Part shown: positions 24,119 to 32,000 of the stretch, piece after piece | Layout: every line of letters begins with the position of its first letter | How positions within the stretch are numbered: the stretch's first letter is position 1 | NCBI GenBank assembly: GCA_036677805.1 | Contig: JAVBVS010000016.1 | Coordinates: 290,553-322,552 of the forward strand | Origin: Victivallaceae bacterium | GTDB lineage: Bacteria; Verrucomicrobiota; Lentisphaeria; Victivallales; Victivallaceae | DNA length: 32,000 bases | Reading direction: 5' to 3' | Program-made: the position numbers and the translations under genes | Notes under the pieces: model-generated | The model's database searches: none | The model's input: the letters and a program-made list of their open reading frames with translations, nothing else | Told to the model about the DNA's origin: nothing

Positions 24119-25285
24119 ATGCTCTCTGAAATCATCATTCGTTTTTTGGTCAAGAACAGCGCCCGGCCGGAGTTGCCGCCGGTGCGCCTGGCCTACGGCA
24201 TTGCCAGCGGCTGCGTCGGCATTGCGGTGAATTTGTTCCTTTTCGGAGTAAAACTCGGCATCGGCCTCTTTTCCGGCAGCGTGGCGATCGCCGCCGACGC
24301 CCTCAACAACCTTTCCGACTCCGGCTCGTCGGCGGTGACGGTGTTCGGCTTCCGGCTCTCCGCGCGGCCGGCCGACAACGAACACCCCTTCGGACATGGG
24401 CGGCTCGAATACGTCGCCGCGCTGATCGTGGCGGTGATCATCATCGCGGTCGGCATGGATTTTCTCAAGGAATCGGTCGCCCGGATATTTTCCCATAAGG
24501 CGATCGCCGCCGACAATTTCGTGATCGCCATCTACGGGGCGACGATTCTGGTCAAGCTGTGGCTGTTTTTCTTTTACCGCACGATCGGCCGCAGGATCGA
24601 TTCGCAGGCGATCAACGCCGCCGCGTTCGACAGTTTGAGTGACATGCTGACCACCGCCGTCGTGCTGGGCGCTCTTTTCGCTTCGCGTTTCACCGCGCTG
24701 CCGGTCGACGGATACGCCGGAACGCTGGTGGCGCTTTTCGTCATGTACGGCGGCGTCAAAATACTCCGCAACGCCATGAGTCCCCTGGTCGGCGAATGCC
24801 CCGACCGGGCGCTGGTCGAGGAACTGCGGGCCCGACTGCTGCAATGTCCCGACATCTGCGGCGTCCATGACATCATCATGCACAATTACGGACCCGGCCA
24901 ATATTACGCCACCGCCCACGCCGAAGTCAACCGCGACGGCGACCTGCTGCATATGCACGACGCACTCGAAGCGGCCGAAGTGGCGATCGCCCGGACCATG
25001 CCGATCCGGCTCATCCTCCACTGCGACCCCTACGATGTGGCGGACCCCGTGATCAAGCTGTGGCGCGCCCGGATGGAGGAAGCCGTCTCGGAACTCGACG
25101 CCAAGCTCAAGCTCTACGATTTCAGACTGGACCCCCAGGCGCCGGACACGCTCCACTTCCATCTGCTGACGCCGCGCAACTACGCCTTGTCCTACGAGGA
25201 GATCACCGCGCGCCTCACCGCCCGGATGAGGCGATACAATCCGGCGATCCAGCTCGACATCGAATTCCTCAACAGTTTCGTATAA
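24119..25285 (+). CDS. Cation diffusion facilitator (CDF) family metal efflux transporter
   Basis: Contains the CDF pattern GSVAIAADALNNLSDSGSSAVTVFGFRLSARPADNEHPFGHGRLEY..., with a second-half DSLSDMLTT and a C-terminal cytoplasmic domain. The start at M33 (MLSEIIIRFLVKN) matches the usual family N-terminus. ATG 24062, with GGAG upstream, is an alternative. Confidence 0.85.
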   Translation: MLSEIIIRFLVKNSARPELPPVRLAYGIASGCVGIAVNLFLFGVKLGIGLFSGSVAIAADALNNLSDSGSSAVTVFGFRLSARPADNEHPFGHGRLEYVAALIVAVIIIAVGMDFLKESVARIFSHKAIAADNFVIAIYGATILVKLWLFFFYRTIGRRIDSQAINAAAFDSLSDMLTTAVVLGALFASRFTALPVDGYAGTLVALFVMYGGVKILRNAMSPLVGECPDRALVEELRARLLQCPDICGVHDIIMHNYGPGQYYATAHAEVNRDGDLLHMHDALEAAEVAIARTMPIRLILHCDPYDVADPVIKLWRARMEEAVSELDAKLKLYDFRLDPQAPDTLHFHLLTPRNYALSYEEITARLTARMRRYNPAIQLDIEFLNSFV

Positions 25286-25298
25286 CCCTGCGAACAGC

Positions 25299-25326
25299 TT
25301 GCAACTTTCACGGCAGACAGTATATT
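25299..25326 (+). promoter_or_regulatory. Sigma70-like promoter (TTGCAA-N16-TATATT) upstream of the nagA-like gene
   Basis: TTGCAA at 25299-25304 and TATATT at 25321-25326. Confidence 0.4.
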
Positions 25327-25427
25327 AAGACCATGAACCCCAATGCATATCGTGGAGGATGCGCCGGTCCGTCGCAACCGCAACTCGTCCGGGCATCAGG
25401 TTTTCATCGACGGAGATCAAACGAAAC

Positions 25428-26576
25428 ATGGAAATTACCGGGAACCTTGTCGTCGGCAACGAAGTATTCTTCGGCGCGCTGCACACCCGCGGCAAAATAA
25501 TTGAAACCATCCGGCGGCAGGACGCACCGCAATCCGGCGCGCCCTGGGTGGTGCCGGGCTTCATCGATCTGCATCTGCACGGGCTCGGTCCCTGGGGGTC
25601 CCTGCATCCCCAGGATGTGCGCGGCATGGCCGAATTCGCGCCCGCTACCGGGGTCACGACCTTGTGTCCGACGCTCGATTCGGAACCCACAGAGGTTATG
25701 ATCGAATTTCTGCGCGCGGTGCGCCGACTGGCGGAGCATCCGATCGCCGGCGCCGCCCGGATCGCGGGGACGCATCTTGAAGGGCCTTATCTGAATGCGG
25801 AGCACGGCGGCGGCATGAATCCGGCGTTTTTACGGCTGCCCGACCTTGCGGAAGTGGAATTGCTGTGGGAAACCGCCGGGGAGACGTTGAGAATAATGAC
25901 CATCGCGCCGGAACTGCCCGGAGCCGGAGAGGTCATCCGACGGCTGGCCGGGCGCGGGGTCGTAATGTCGATGGGCCACTGCGGACTCTCCTGCGGGGAG
26001 TTGTCCGCGGCCGTAGCGGCAGGCATTGCGCAGGTATGCCATCTTTATGATACCTATGACGGCAGAACAGTGAAAGACGGCGTTGTCCAGCCGTCGCTGG
26101 CGGATGCCGTGCTGCTGGATGACCGGCTGATGATCGAGTTGATCGGCGATGGATTTCATGTGCCGGAGGAATTGATCGCGCTGACCCGGCGAGCGGCCGG
26201 CGCAAGGCGCATCATCGCCATCACCGACGCCATGCAGGGGGCGGGACTGCCCGACGGCGTTTATGCGATGACCGACGGCCGGAAATATACGCTCTGCAAC
26301 CGCGGCGTCTGCCGTTTGCAGGACCACCCGGAAACCATCGTCGGAAGCTGTCTGACCATGAACCGGGTTTTCAGGAATCTGATCGAACGGTTCGGCTTCT
26401 CACCGTCGGAAGCCGTGGCGGCGACTTCCGGCAACGCGGCCCGGCAGTTGCGGCTGAACGACCGGTTGGGTGCTCTGCGCGAAGGATTGCAGGCCGACAT
26501 CGCCGTACTGTCGGCGGAGGACGGCGCGGTCATGCAGTGCGTCCGGGACGGGGCAGACCTGTATCGCATGGCATGA
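25428..26576 (+). CDS. nagA: N-acetylglucosamine-6-phosphate deacetylase-like amidohydrolase
   Basis: Track ORF 25359..26576, trimmed to MEITGNLVVGNE. NagA-type motifs are present: VVPGFIDLHLHG, THLEGPYLN, MTIAPELPGA, SMGHCG, CHLYDTY and ITDAM. The sequence is divergent, so the symbol is tentative. Confidence 0.75.
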   Translation: MEITGNLVVGNEVFFGALHTRGKIIETIRRQDAPQSGAPWVVPGFIDLHLHGLGPWGSLHPQDVRGMAEFAPATGVTTLCPTLDSEPTEVMIEFLRAVRRLAEHPIAGAARIAGTHLEGPYLNAEHGGGMNPAFLRLPDLAEVELLWETAGETLRIMTIAPELPGAGEVIRRLAGRGVVMSMGHCGLSCGELSAAVAAGIAQVCHLYDTYDGRTVKDGVVQPSLADAVLLDDRLMIELIGDGFHVPEELIALTRRAAGARRIIAITDAMQGAGLPDGVYAMTDGRKYTLCNRGVCRLQDHPETIVGSCLTMNRVFRNLIERFGFSPSEAVAATSGNAARQLRLNDRLGALREGLQADIAVLSAEDGAVMQCVRDGADLYRMA

Positions 26577-26601
26577 CATTCCGCACCATCACCGTCCGCG
26601 C

Positions 26602-26630
26602 TTGCAAATGTCCGCAACCGGCGGTATATT
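26602..26630 (+). promoter_or_regulatory. Sigma70-like promoter (TTGCAA-N17-TATATT) ending 6 nt before the AraC ATG
   Basis: TTGCAA at 26602-26607 and TATATT at 26625-26630; the ATG is at 26637. No room is left for a Shine-Dalgarno leader. Confidence 0.4.
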
Positions 26631-26636
26631 GCGATC

Positions 26637-27452
26637 ATGAACGAAATCGAATATCTCAAGGTCGTGCGTCATACCGTCGCCAGCTGCCGTGATTTCAGCC
26701 GGGTGCTGCGGGTCTCCGACAGCGCCGATGAACCGCACTCGACCCGCAGCCGCCATTGTCACGAACTGTTCGAAATCCGGCTGCTTTTCGGCATGCTCGA
26801 CGCCACGAGCGTCGACTATGAGACCCTGCGCGAAATCCGGCTCTCGCCGGCGGGCGTGGCCCATCCGGGACTGTTCGAGAACGAACACCCCGCCCATATC
26901 ACGGTGCGTTTCGACGTGGACATGCTCTACTATCTGCGCGGCAAAGCCGCCAATATCGTGATTCCGCTGAACCGCGGGATTGAAAGTTACGGCATCGGTC
27001 TGGGCGAAGCGCTGTCGGCGCTGAACGCCTTCTGCCGCCGGGAATTCACCGACGCCGGCCACCTCCAACTGGTCGTGGCGGGCGTAATTTCGGCCCTGAC
27101 GCTCTTTCTGGAACAGGGCGATTACCGGATCATGAACGAACCGGTGGAAATCATCTGCAACTATATCCACGAACACTATTACCGCGGCAACCTGACCATG
27201 GCGGAAGTCGCCGCCGCCGCCGGATTGTCGCCCAACTACATGCAGCAGGTATTCCGGAAAGTTCACCACTGCACTCCGCTGACCTATCTGCGCGACTACC
27301 GACTGGAAACCGCCCGGCGGCTGCTCCGCCAGCGCAAGTACCAGGTCAAGGAGGTGGCTCAGCTCTGCGGCTGGAACTACCCCCATTACTTCGATGTGTG
27401 CTACCGCCGGAAATTCGGCCGGACGCCGCTGGAAGAAATGCACGAATCTTAA
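26637..27452 (+). CDS. AraC-family transcriptional regulator
   Basis: The C-terminal dual HTH is MAEVAAAAGLSPNYMQQVFRKVHHCTPLTYLRDYRLETARRLL...VKEVAQLCGWNYPHYFDVCYRRKFGRTPLE. Confidence 0.88.
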   Translation: MNEIEYLKVVRHTVASCRDFSRVLRVSDSADEPHSTRSRHCHELFEIRLLFGMLDATSVDYETLREIRLSPAGVAHPGLFENEHPAHITVRFDVDMLYYLRGKAANIVIPLNRGIESYGIGLGEALSALNAFCRREFTDAGHLQLVVAGVISALTLFLEQGDYRIMNEPVEIICNYIHEHYYRGNLTMAEVAAAAGLSPNYMQQVFRKVHHCTPLTYLRDYRLETARRLLRQRKYQVKEVAQLCGWNYPHYFDVCYRRKFGRTPLEEMHES

Positions 27453-27568
27453 AAATTTGATATCATTCCTAGAATTTTGTGTTAAAACAGCGGTTTTCAG
27501 ACTGTTTTTCCGTTTTTTTTTATAGTATACTATATTCGAAAAACAAACCAACAGGAGAACCGCATTCA

Positions 27569-29350
27569 ATGAATATTGCGTTGTCATGGGCCGATTACCT
27601 GATTATCGTCCTCTATTTTGTTGCCATGCTTGCAATCGGCTGGTATTTTGCCAAAAATAAAAGCGACGCCGCGGATTTTCTGCTCGGCGGCCGCAAGATG
27701 CCATGGTTCCCGGTGGCGGTGTCGATGCTGATGTCGGTCTTTTCGACCTACAGTCTGGTGATGGGCCCCGGCGAAATCTACAATCACGGGTTGGACTGGG
27801 GGATTATTTCCCTTTTCACGCCATTCATCGGAGTGCTGTCGGTCCTGCTGTTCACCAAATTCTTCTTCAAGATTCAGGCGTTCACTCCGTTCGAATACCT
27901 GGCCTACCGCTATGACCCATATGTTCGATTGCTCGCGGCGCTCGGACATTGCTACAGCTCGGTCCTCTACGGCGGGATGGTGCTGCTGACTACAGCCAAG
28001 ATTTTTGAAGCCGCCGCCGGCTGGCCGTGCTGGGCGACGATTCTGGCGGTCGGCGGCATTTCAGTGATTTATACCGGCACCGGCGGACTGCGGGCGGTGG
28101 TATGGACCGATTTTGTCCAGTTTTTCGTGATGCTGGCGGGCATGGGCGGTCTGATCGTCACGCTCTGCTGGTTGACTCCCGGCGGCGCGGTGGGCGCAGT
28201 CACTTATGCCTTCGAACACGGCCACGGGCTGAGCCGCTTCAACGAAGCCGATTTTTACACGCTCTGGCCCTATGTCCGGCTGACCTTCTGGGCATTGCTG
28301 ATCGAACGGGTTTTCGGCGCGCTCAGCACCGGCGTCAGCCAGATGACCGTCCAGCGGCTGATGGCCACCGGCTCGGTGCGCAACGCGGTCAAAGCGCAGT
28401 TTTCCAGCGCGCTGATTACCCTGCCGTTGTGTCTGCTGCTGGACTTCATCGGGCTGGCGATTTACAGTTACTACGCGCAATTCCCGGACCCGCGGGTCAC
28501 CGCGGGCGATCTGGCGCTCTTCACCTTCGTCGCGACCAAGCTGCCGCCGCTGCTGCCGGGATTGTTCATCGCGGCAGCATTGGCGGCGGCCATGAGTACG
28601 CTGTCGAGCATCTTCAACGGCGATGCCTCGGTCTGGCTCAAGGAAGTCTATTTGCCTTACCTCCGGCGGGATGCCGACGACCGGCGGCAGGTGAATTTTT
28701 CAAAATTCGCCACCATCGCCGTCGGAGCGCTGGTGATCGGCTTCGCCCTGATGCAGGATTTTTCGGCACGCTGGCTCGACCAGACGATGGTCGAAGTCGG
28801 GATGATCTTCGGAATTTTCACGGTAACGGTCGGCATTTTCAATTACGGGTTCGCAATTTTTTCACGCAAAGCCAGTTCGCTCTCATTCTGGAGCATGATT
28901 GCTTTCGGTTACGGGTTCAAGGTGGCGATGCTACTCTGGTACACCTTCAGCAAGCGCGGCGAAGTCACCTTCAAAGCCTCCGGCGACCTCGGATTGGCCG
29001 GTCCGCTCGGGCTGGAATGGGTGCTGTGCCCCGCCGCGGCCGCGCTGCTGCTGGTCCTGATCGGACTCTGGCGGATCCGGGTCCGGATGTGGCGGCTGAG
29101 CTGGTTCGTGGCGGCGCAAATCCCCGGGGCATTCGCAATGGGCTGCGCATTGTGGTATTATTTCAGCCATACCGGAGATCCGACGCAGCCTCAGGTATTG
29201 AGCTTCACCTGGGTCGGCATACCGGGTCTTTTCGCAACCCTGCTCTATATGGCGGGCTGGCATCTCTTCGGGCCGGAAGTGGCGCCGGAACGTTATCAGG
29301 GACTGGTCTGGGGGTATTCCAACGGCGAAGTACACCAATTGGAAAATTAA
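27569..29350 (+). CDS. Sodium:solute symporter (SSF family)
   Basis: Track ORF 27479..29350, trimmed to MNIALSWADYLIIVLYFVAMLAIGWYFAKNKSDAADFLLGGRKMPW, a typical SSF N-terminus. AGGAGA RBS at 27553-27558. It has about 13-14 TM segments. Confidence 0.88.
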   Translation: MNIALSWADYLIIVLYFVAMLAIGWYFAKNKSDAADFLLGGRKMPWFPVAVSMLMSVFSTYSLVMGPGEIYNHGLDWGIISLFTPFIGVLSVLLFTKFFFKIQAFTPFEYLAYRYDPYVRLLAALGHCYSSVLYGGMVLLTTAKIFEAAAGWPCWATILAVGGISVIYTGTGGLRAVVWTDFVQFFVMLAGMGGLIVTLCWLTPGGAVGAVTYAFEHGHGLSRFNEADFYTLWPYVRLTFWALLIERVFGALSTGVSQMTVQRLMATGSVRNAVKAQFSSALITLPLCLLLDFIGLAIYSYYAQFPDPRVTAGDLALFTFVATKLPPLLPGLFIAAALAAAMSTLSSIFNGDASVWLKEVYLPYLRRDADDRRQVNFSKFATIAVGALVIGFALMQDFSARWLDQTMVEVGMIFGIFTVTVGIFNYGFAIFSRKASSLSFWSMIAFGYGFKVAMLLWYTFSKRGEVTFKASGDLGLAGPLGLEWVLCPAAAALLLVLIGLWRIRVRMWRLSWFVAAQIPGAFAMGCALWYYFSHTGDPTQPQVLSFTWVGIPGLFATLLYMAGWHLFGPEVAPERYQGLVWGYSNGEVHQLEN

Positions 29351-29371
29351 CCGAATTCTAAGGAGATGCAA

Positions 29372-32000
29372 ATGATCAAACTGCAAAGCATTGTTCTGGC
29401 GTTGATTCTGGCCGGCGGGGCCTTCGGCGCGGCGGTCAGGCAAAAGCCATTCGTCGGGTTCAACGACGCGAAAGATGCCGATTTCACCCGGTTTCCCGAG
29501 AAAAAAGTCTCGGCGCGCCGGATCGCCTTCCCCTATGCCACCCGGGCGCTGGCAATCGACCTGCAACGCCCGATGCGGCCGGAAAAGATTGTGCTGCCGT
29601 TGCATAAATTGACCCCCGCCAGTCCGGAAACGGAATCCGGCGCTGCCGGGCTCAAGGTTTTCGCCGGCAACGACCCCCAGGCGCTGCAACCGGTGTCCGC
29701 TCCTCAAATCACGGTGACTTCGGCAACGGTCGACGGCGCCGTCGTGGAAACCGTGACAGTGACCGGACTGCCGGAAGCACGCTATTTTCAGCTTTACGCC
29801 CCGCGCACCAAGCCAAGCTATGTTTACGGCCTGCTCGATGCCATGAAGGAAGTCGAAGTCTGGGCCGATGCTCCGGTCGGACCGGATCCGGCGATCGCCG
29901 ATTACCCGGAATTGAAAACCCTCGATTCCGACTGGCTGAAGACCGCCCTGCCGCTGGCGGGCTGCGGTTTTCAGGATTTGATCGATGACGCCGCCGCCGC
30001 CACCCAGCCCTATCGCGGCCAGGGCGGCACGTCCCAGATCGGCTGGCCGTGGAAACGCCGGGTGATCGAATTCGCCCTGAACCAACCGGCGGATGTGGGA
30101 CGCATCGTGCTCGATCTCGAAAAAATGGAAGCGCATCGTCCGGAAACCGCCACCGGTCTGGAAAAAGCCATCGTCTATGTGAGTGACGACGGACAAAAAT
30201 TTCAGGCCGTCACCCCGGTCGTCACCACGGCTTATTATCGCATCGGGAATGTGGTCTATGCCCGGGTCACGCTGGCAGGCAAATTTCCCGGCCGCTTCTT
30301 CCGGATTTACGCGCCGTGGAACAATGCCTTCTATGTTTACGGCACCCGCCGTTTGAACAATGCGATCAAGGCGCTGCCGGGTACGCAGGCCGCGATCGCG
30401 GAGTTCGCCGCGCCGCCGAGCGCCGGAGGCGCCTTTCCGGTGAGCTTCAAGCTCAACGGCATCGGCAAGGCCGCCGGGACAGCGACGATCCGGGACAAAA
30501 GCCGCAACGCCGTACTCTGGCAAAAGAGTTTTGCGGCAATTCCTGACGGTGAAAATTTCACCGCGACCGTCGATCCCGGCGCCAGCTCCGGCATCCTCGA
30601 TCTGGAGCTGATCCTGATCGAGGACGGCGCCAGCTTCCCGTTGGTCCGGGAGACCCGGCTGCGCTGCAACACCGCCGATATCCTCCTGAAACCGCAGACC
30701 GCCGAAGGCTGGCGCAATACCGCCTTCCGACTTGGCGGCGTTCCGACCGATTTTCTGACTGCGGAGAAGGCCGGAGCCAAGGCCGAATTCGAAGTCCCTA
30801 CCGACGGCAATTTCGCCATCTACGCCACCATCCGGGGGCGCGGCGGTTTCAAGGTCAAGACGCCGCAGTCGGAACGCGATCTCGCCTTGCAGCTGTGGCA
30901 TCCGGCCGACGCCGCCGACGCTCTGGCCGGCGAATCCTTTGCCGGTGCGGCAGCCTTGAAGAAGGGCGACCGCATCACGTTTGAAGCGGTCGGTTCCGGC
31001 GCGGAACTGGGTCCGGTCAAACTTTCGCCACTCAGTACGGAGAAGATGGCGCTTTACGCCGCACCGCCGGAAGTCAAACCGACGGTAATTCTCCATGCCG
31101 ACGGCTACAGCGACTTCTTTTTCCGGGAAGTCACCCCCGCCGAATTGGAACAGCGCATCGACAATGCCAAAGCCACCGGAGTCTTCGCCTACGACTGGTG
31201 CGTCGGCACCAGCGCGGTCAATTACCCGAGCAAAGTGGCCACGGAGTTCGGACAGCAAAAGGACGTGAAATTCTACCGCGACGGCGACCGACTGGCCGCC
31301 GAACGGTTGCAGCAGCTGCTGAGCACGGGCCGCGATCCGATCCGGATTCTCCGCGACCGCAGCCGGGCCGACGGCTTGCGCTTCTCGGTCACGCAACGGG
31401 CCAATGCCTATTATACCAACGGCACCTCGATGAACGCCCAGTATCTGATCGACCATCCCGAATTCTTCATGGTCGGCGTCGACGGCAGAAAACACGCCCA
31501 GCCCAGTTACGCTTATCCGGAAATCCGTAAATTTTATCTCGACATGATCCGTGAAATCGCGGCCTACAAGCCCGACGCCATCGTGATCGAATTTCTGCGC
31601 CATCCGCCATTTTTCCTCTACGATCCGCCGCTGGTGGCCGAATATACCCGGCGTTACGGCCAATGCACGCCTCAGGATTACATGAATGACAACTGGAAAA
31701 CGATGATCGGGGAAATCATGACCGAACATCTGAAGAACGTGCGGCAGGCGATTGATGAAATTTCCCCCGGCACCGCGCTGGAAATCAGCTTCGACTATCA
31801 GGATTATGCCAAACACGGCATCGATCTTCCCGCCATTCTGGCGGCCGGACTGGTCGATGTGATTTCTCCCGGAATTTATCAGATCGGCAGCCAGAAGACC
31901 TTTCCGCTGGAGCCTTTCACCGCGATGATCCGGAAATCGCCGCGCCCGGTGCTCCTGATCCCCCGCGTCGAAGCCACCATTTATGGCGGCGATCCCACGC
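29372..32000 (+). CDS. Large secreted protein, 876 codons present, runs off right edge: signal peptide, two tandem discoidin/CBM-like modules, C-terminal putative glycoside-hydrolase-like TIM-barrel region
   Basis: Hand translation from ATG 29372 (AGGAG at 29361-29365) stays open to base 32000. It begins MIKLQSIVLALILAGGAFGAAVRQ. There is an internal duplication: ...GLPEARYFQLYAPRTKPSYVYGLLDAMKEVEVWA versus ...GKFPGRFFRIYAPWNNAFYVYGTRRLNNAIKAL. Later sequence reads ...VILHADGYSDFFF...YDWCVGTSAVNYPS...AIVIEFLRHPPFF. The gene is not in the ORF track because it has no stop. Domain names are guesses by resemblance. Confidence 0.75.
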   Translation, partial: MIKLQSIVLALILAGGAFGAAVRQKPFVGFNDAKDADFTRFPEKKVSARRIAFPYATRALAIDLQRPMRPEKIVLPLHKLTPASPETESGAAGLKVFAGNDPQALQPVSAPQITVTSATVDGAVVETVTVTGLPEARYFQLYAPRTKPSYVYGLLDAMKEVEVWADAPVGPDPAIADYPELKTLDSDWLKTALPLAGCGFQDLIDDAAAATQPYRGQGGTSQIGWPWKRRVIEFALNQPADVGRIVLDLEKMEAHRPETATGLEKAIVYVSDDGQKFQAVTPVVTTAYYRIGNVVYARVTLAGKFPGRFFRIYAPWNNAFYVYGTRRLNNAIKALPGTQAAIAEFAAPPSAGGAFPVSFKLNGIGKAAGTATIRDKSRNAVLWQKSFAAIPDGENFTATVDPGASSGILDLELILIEDGASFPLVRETRLRCNTADILLKPQTAEGWRNTAFRLGGVPTDFLTAEKAGAKAEFEVPTDGNFAIYATIRGRGGFKVKTPQSERDLALQLWHPADAADALAGESFAGAAALKKGDRITFEAVGSGAELGPVKLSPLSTEKMALYAAPPEVKPTVILHADGYSDFFFREVTPAELEQRIDNAKATGVFAYDWCVGTSAVNYPSKVATEFGQQKDVKFYRDGDRLAAERLQQLLSTGRDPIRILRDRSRADGLRFSVTQRANAYYTNGTSMNAQYLIDHPEFFMVGVDGRKHAQPSYAYPEIRKFYLDMIREIAAYKPDAIVIEFLRHPPFFLYDPPLVAEYTRRYGQCTPQDYMNDNWKTMIGEIMTEHLKNVRQAIDEISPGTALEISFDYQDYAKHGIDLPAILAAGLVDVISPGIYQIGSQKTFPLEPFTAMIRKSPRPVLLIPRVEATIYGGDPT

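Noticed and set aside
21882-25162. Minus-strand ORFs of 263 aa (21882-22673), 233 aa (23153-23854) and 371 aa (24047-25162)
   Set aside because: They are antisense to acr3, the MFS transporter and the CDF transporter respectively. Their translations are charged and low-complexity (Arg/Asp/Gly/His-rich) and show no membership in any family I recognise.
14700-25300. Metal(loid) block as a mobile genomic island
   Set aside because: I could see no integrase, transposase, tRNA attachment site, flanking direct repeats or obvious compositional break. The flanking genes look like ordinary chromosome. The origin may still be horizontal, but this window does not support that claim.
27484-27520. Possible rho-independent terminator after the AraC gene (aaaacag...ctgtttt followed by a T-run)
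   Set aside because: The stem is only 7 bp, almost entirely A-T, and has an 11-nt loop. The T-rich tract is equally well explained as part of the AT-rich promoter region of the symporter. The evidence is too weak to call a feature.
26589-27587. 332-aa minus-strand ORF over the AraC gene
   Set aside because: It is antisense to a gene with a textbook AraC dual-HTH C-terminus. It would also run through the AT-rich promoter region of the symporter.
28931-31816. 961-aa minus-strand ORF overlapping the symporter end and the right-edge gene
   Set aside because: It is a shadow ORF. It overlaps the well-supported SSF symporter C-terminus, has no RBS or signal features, and its translation is compositionally biased. 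The plus strand encodes a coherent secreted protein with internal domain duplication.
1-32000. CRISPR arrays, rRNA/tRNA genes, riboswitches
   Set aside because: I scanned intergenic regions (1563-1923, 4194-4458, 7458-7557, 8044-8153, 12459-12615, 13321-13711, 14624-14764, 17510-17617, 25286-25427, 27453-27568). None showed regularly spaced repeats, cloverleaf-capable segments or riboswitch cores I could recognise by eye. Covariance-model scans would be needed to exclude small RNAs.

Overview
GC-rich bacterial chromosomal window with dense coding. I recognised no rRNA, tRNA, CRISPR array, transposase or integrase. The gene content (GntR/LacI-hybrid and AraC regulators, secreted glycan-binding or hydrolase-like proteins, hgcAB, hydF) suggests an anaerobe, possibly from the PVC group; this is a low-confidence inference. 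Layout by region: (a) 1-8.1 kb holds housekeeping and redox genes. These are a secreted protein fragment, a GntR-PBP regulator, pdxK overlapping a Cof-type HAD hydrolase, tpx, hydF coupled to an aspartase-like lyase, a PNPOx-like protein and a GNAT. (b) 8.1-12.5 kb holds a decayed methyltransferase remnant convergent with a 1275-aa RHS/YD-repeat protein that ends at its core with no toxin domain. (c) 12.6-14.6 kb holds a GDPD phosphodiesterase, an unusual AT-rich intergenic region with palindromes, and a DUF523/DUF1722 gene. (d) 14.7-25.3 kb is a metal(loid) block. Its first operon is arsR, an ArsP-like permease, a Trx::ArsF-like fusion and a CcdA/ArsG-like membrane protein. Its second operon is arsR, an ICL/PEP-mutase-family gene, hgcA, hgcB, a SAM methyltransferase, arsC and acr3, followed by an MFS and a CDF transporter. 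(e) 25.4-32 kb is a sugar-use locus with a nagA-like gene, an AraC regulator, a Na+/solute symporter and a large secreted protein that runs off the right edge. The most interesting item is the mercury-methylation pair hgcAB inside an ArsR-controlled arsenic-resistance operon, flanked by two unexplained enzymes. The supplied ORF track omits both edge-truncated genes and instead shows long antisense shadow ORFs. Many track starts use TTG or GTG and were trimmed to better-supported starts. All product calls rest on motif recognition by eye; no database search was possible.
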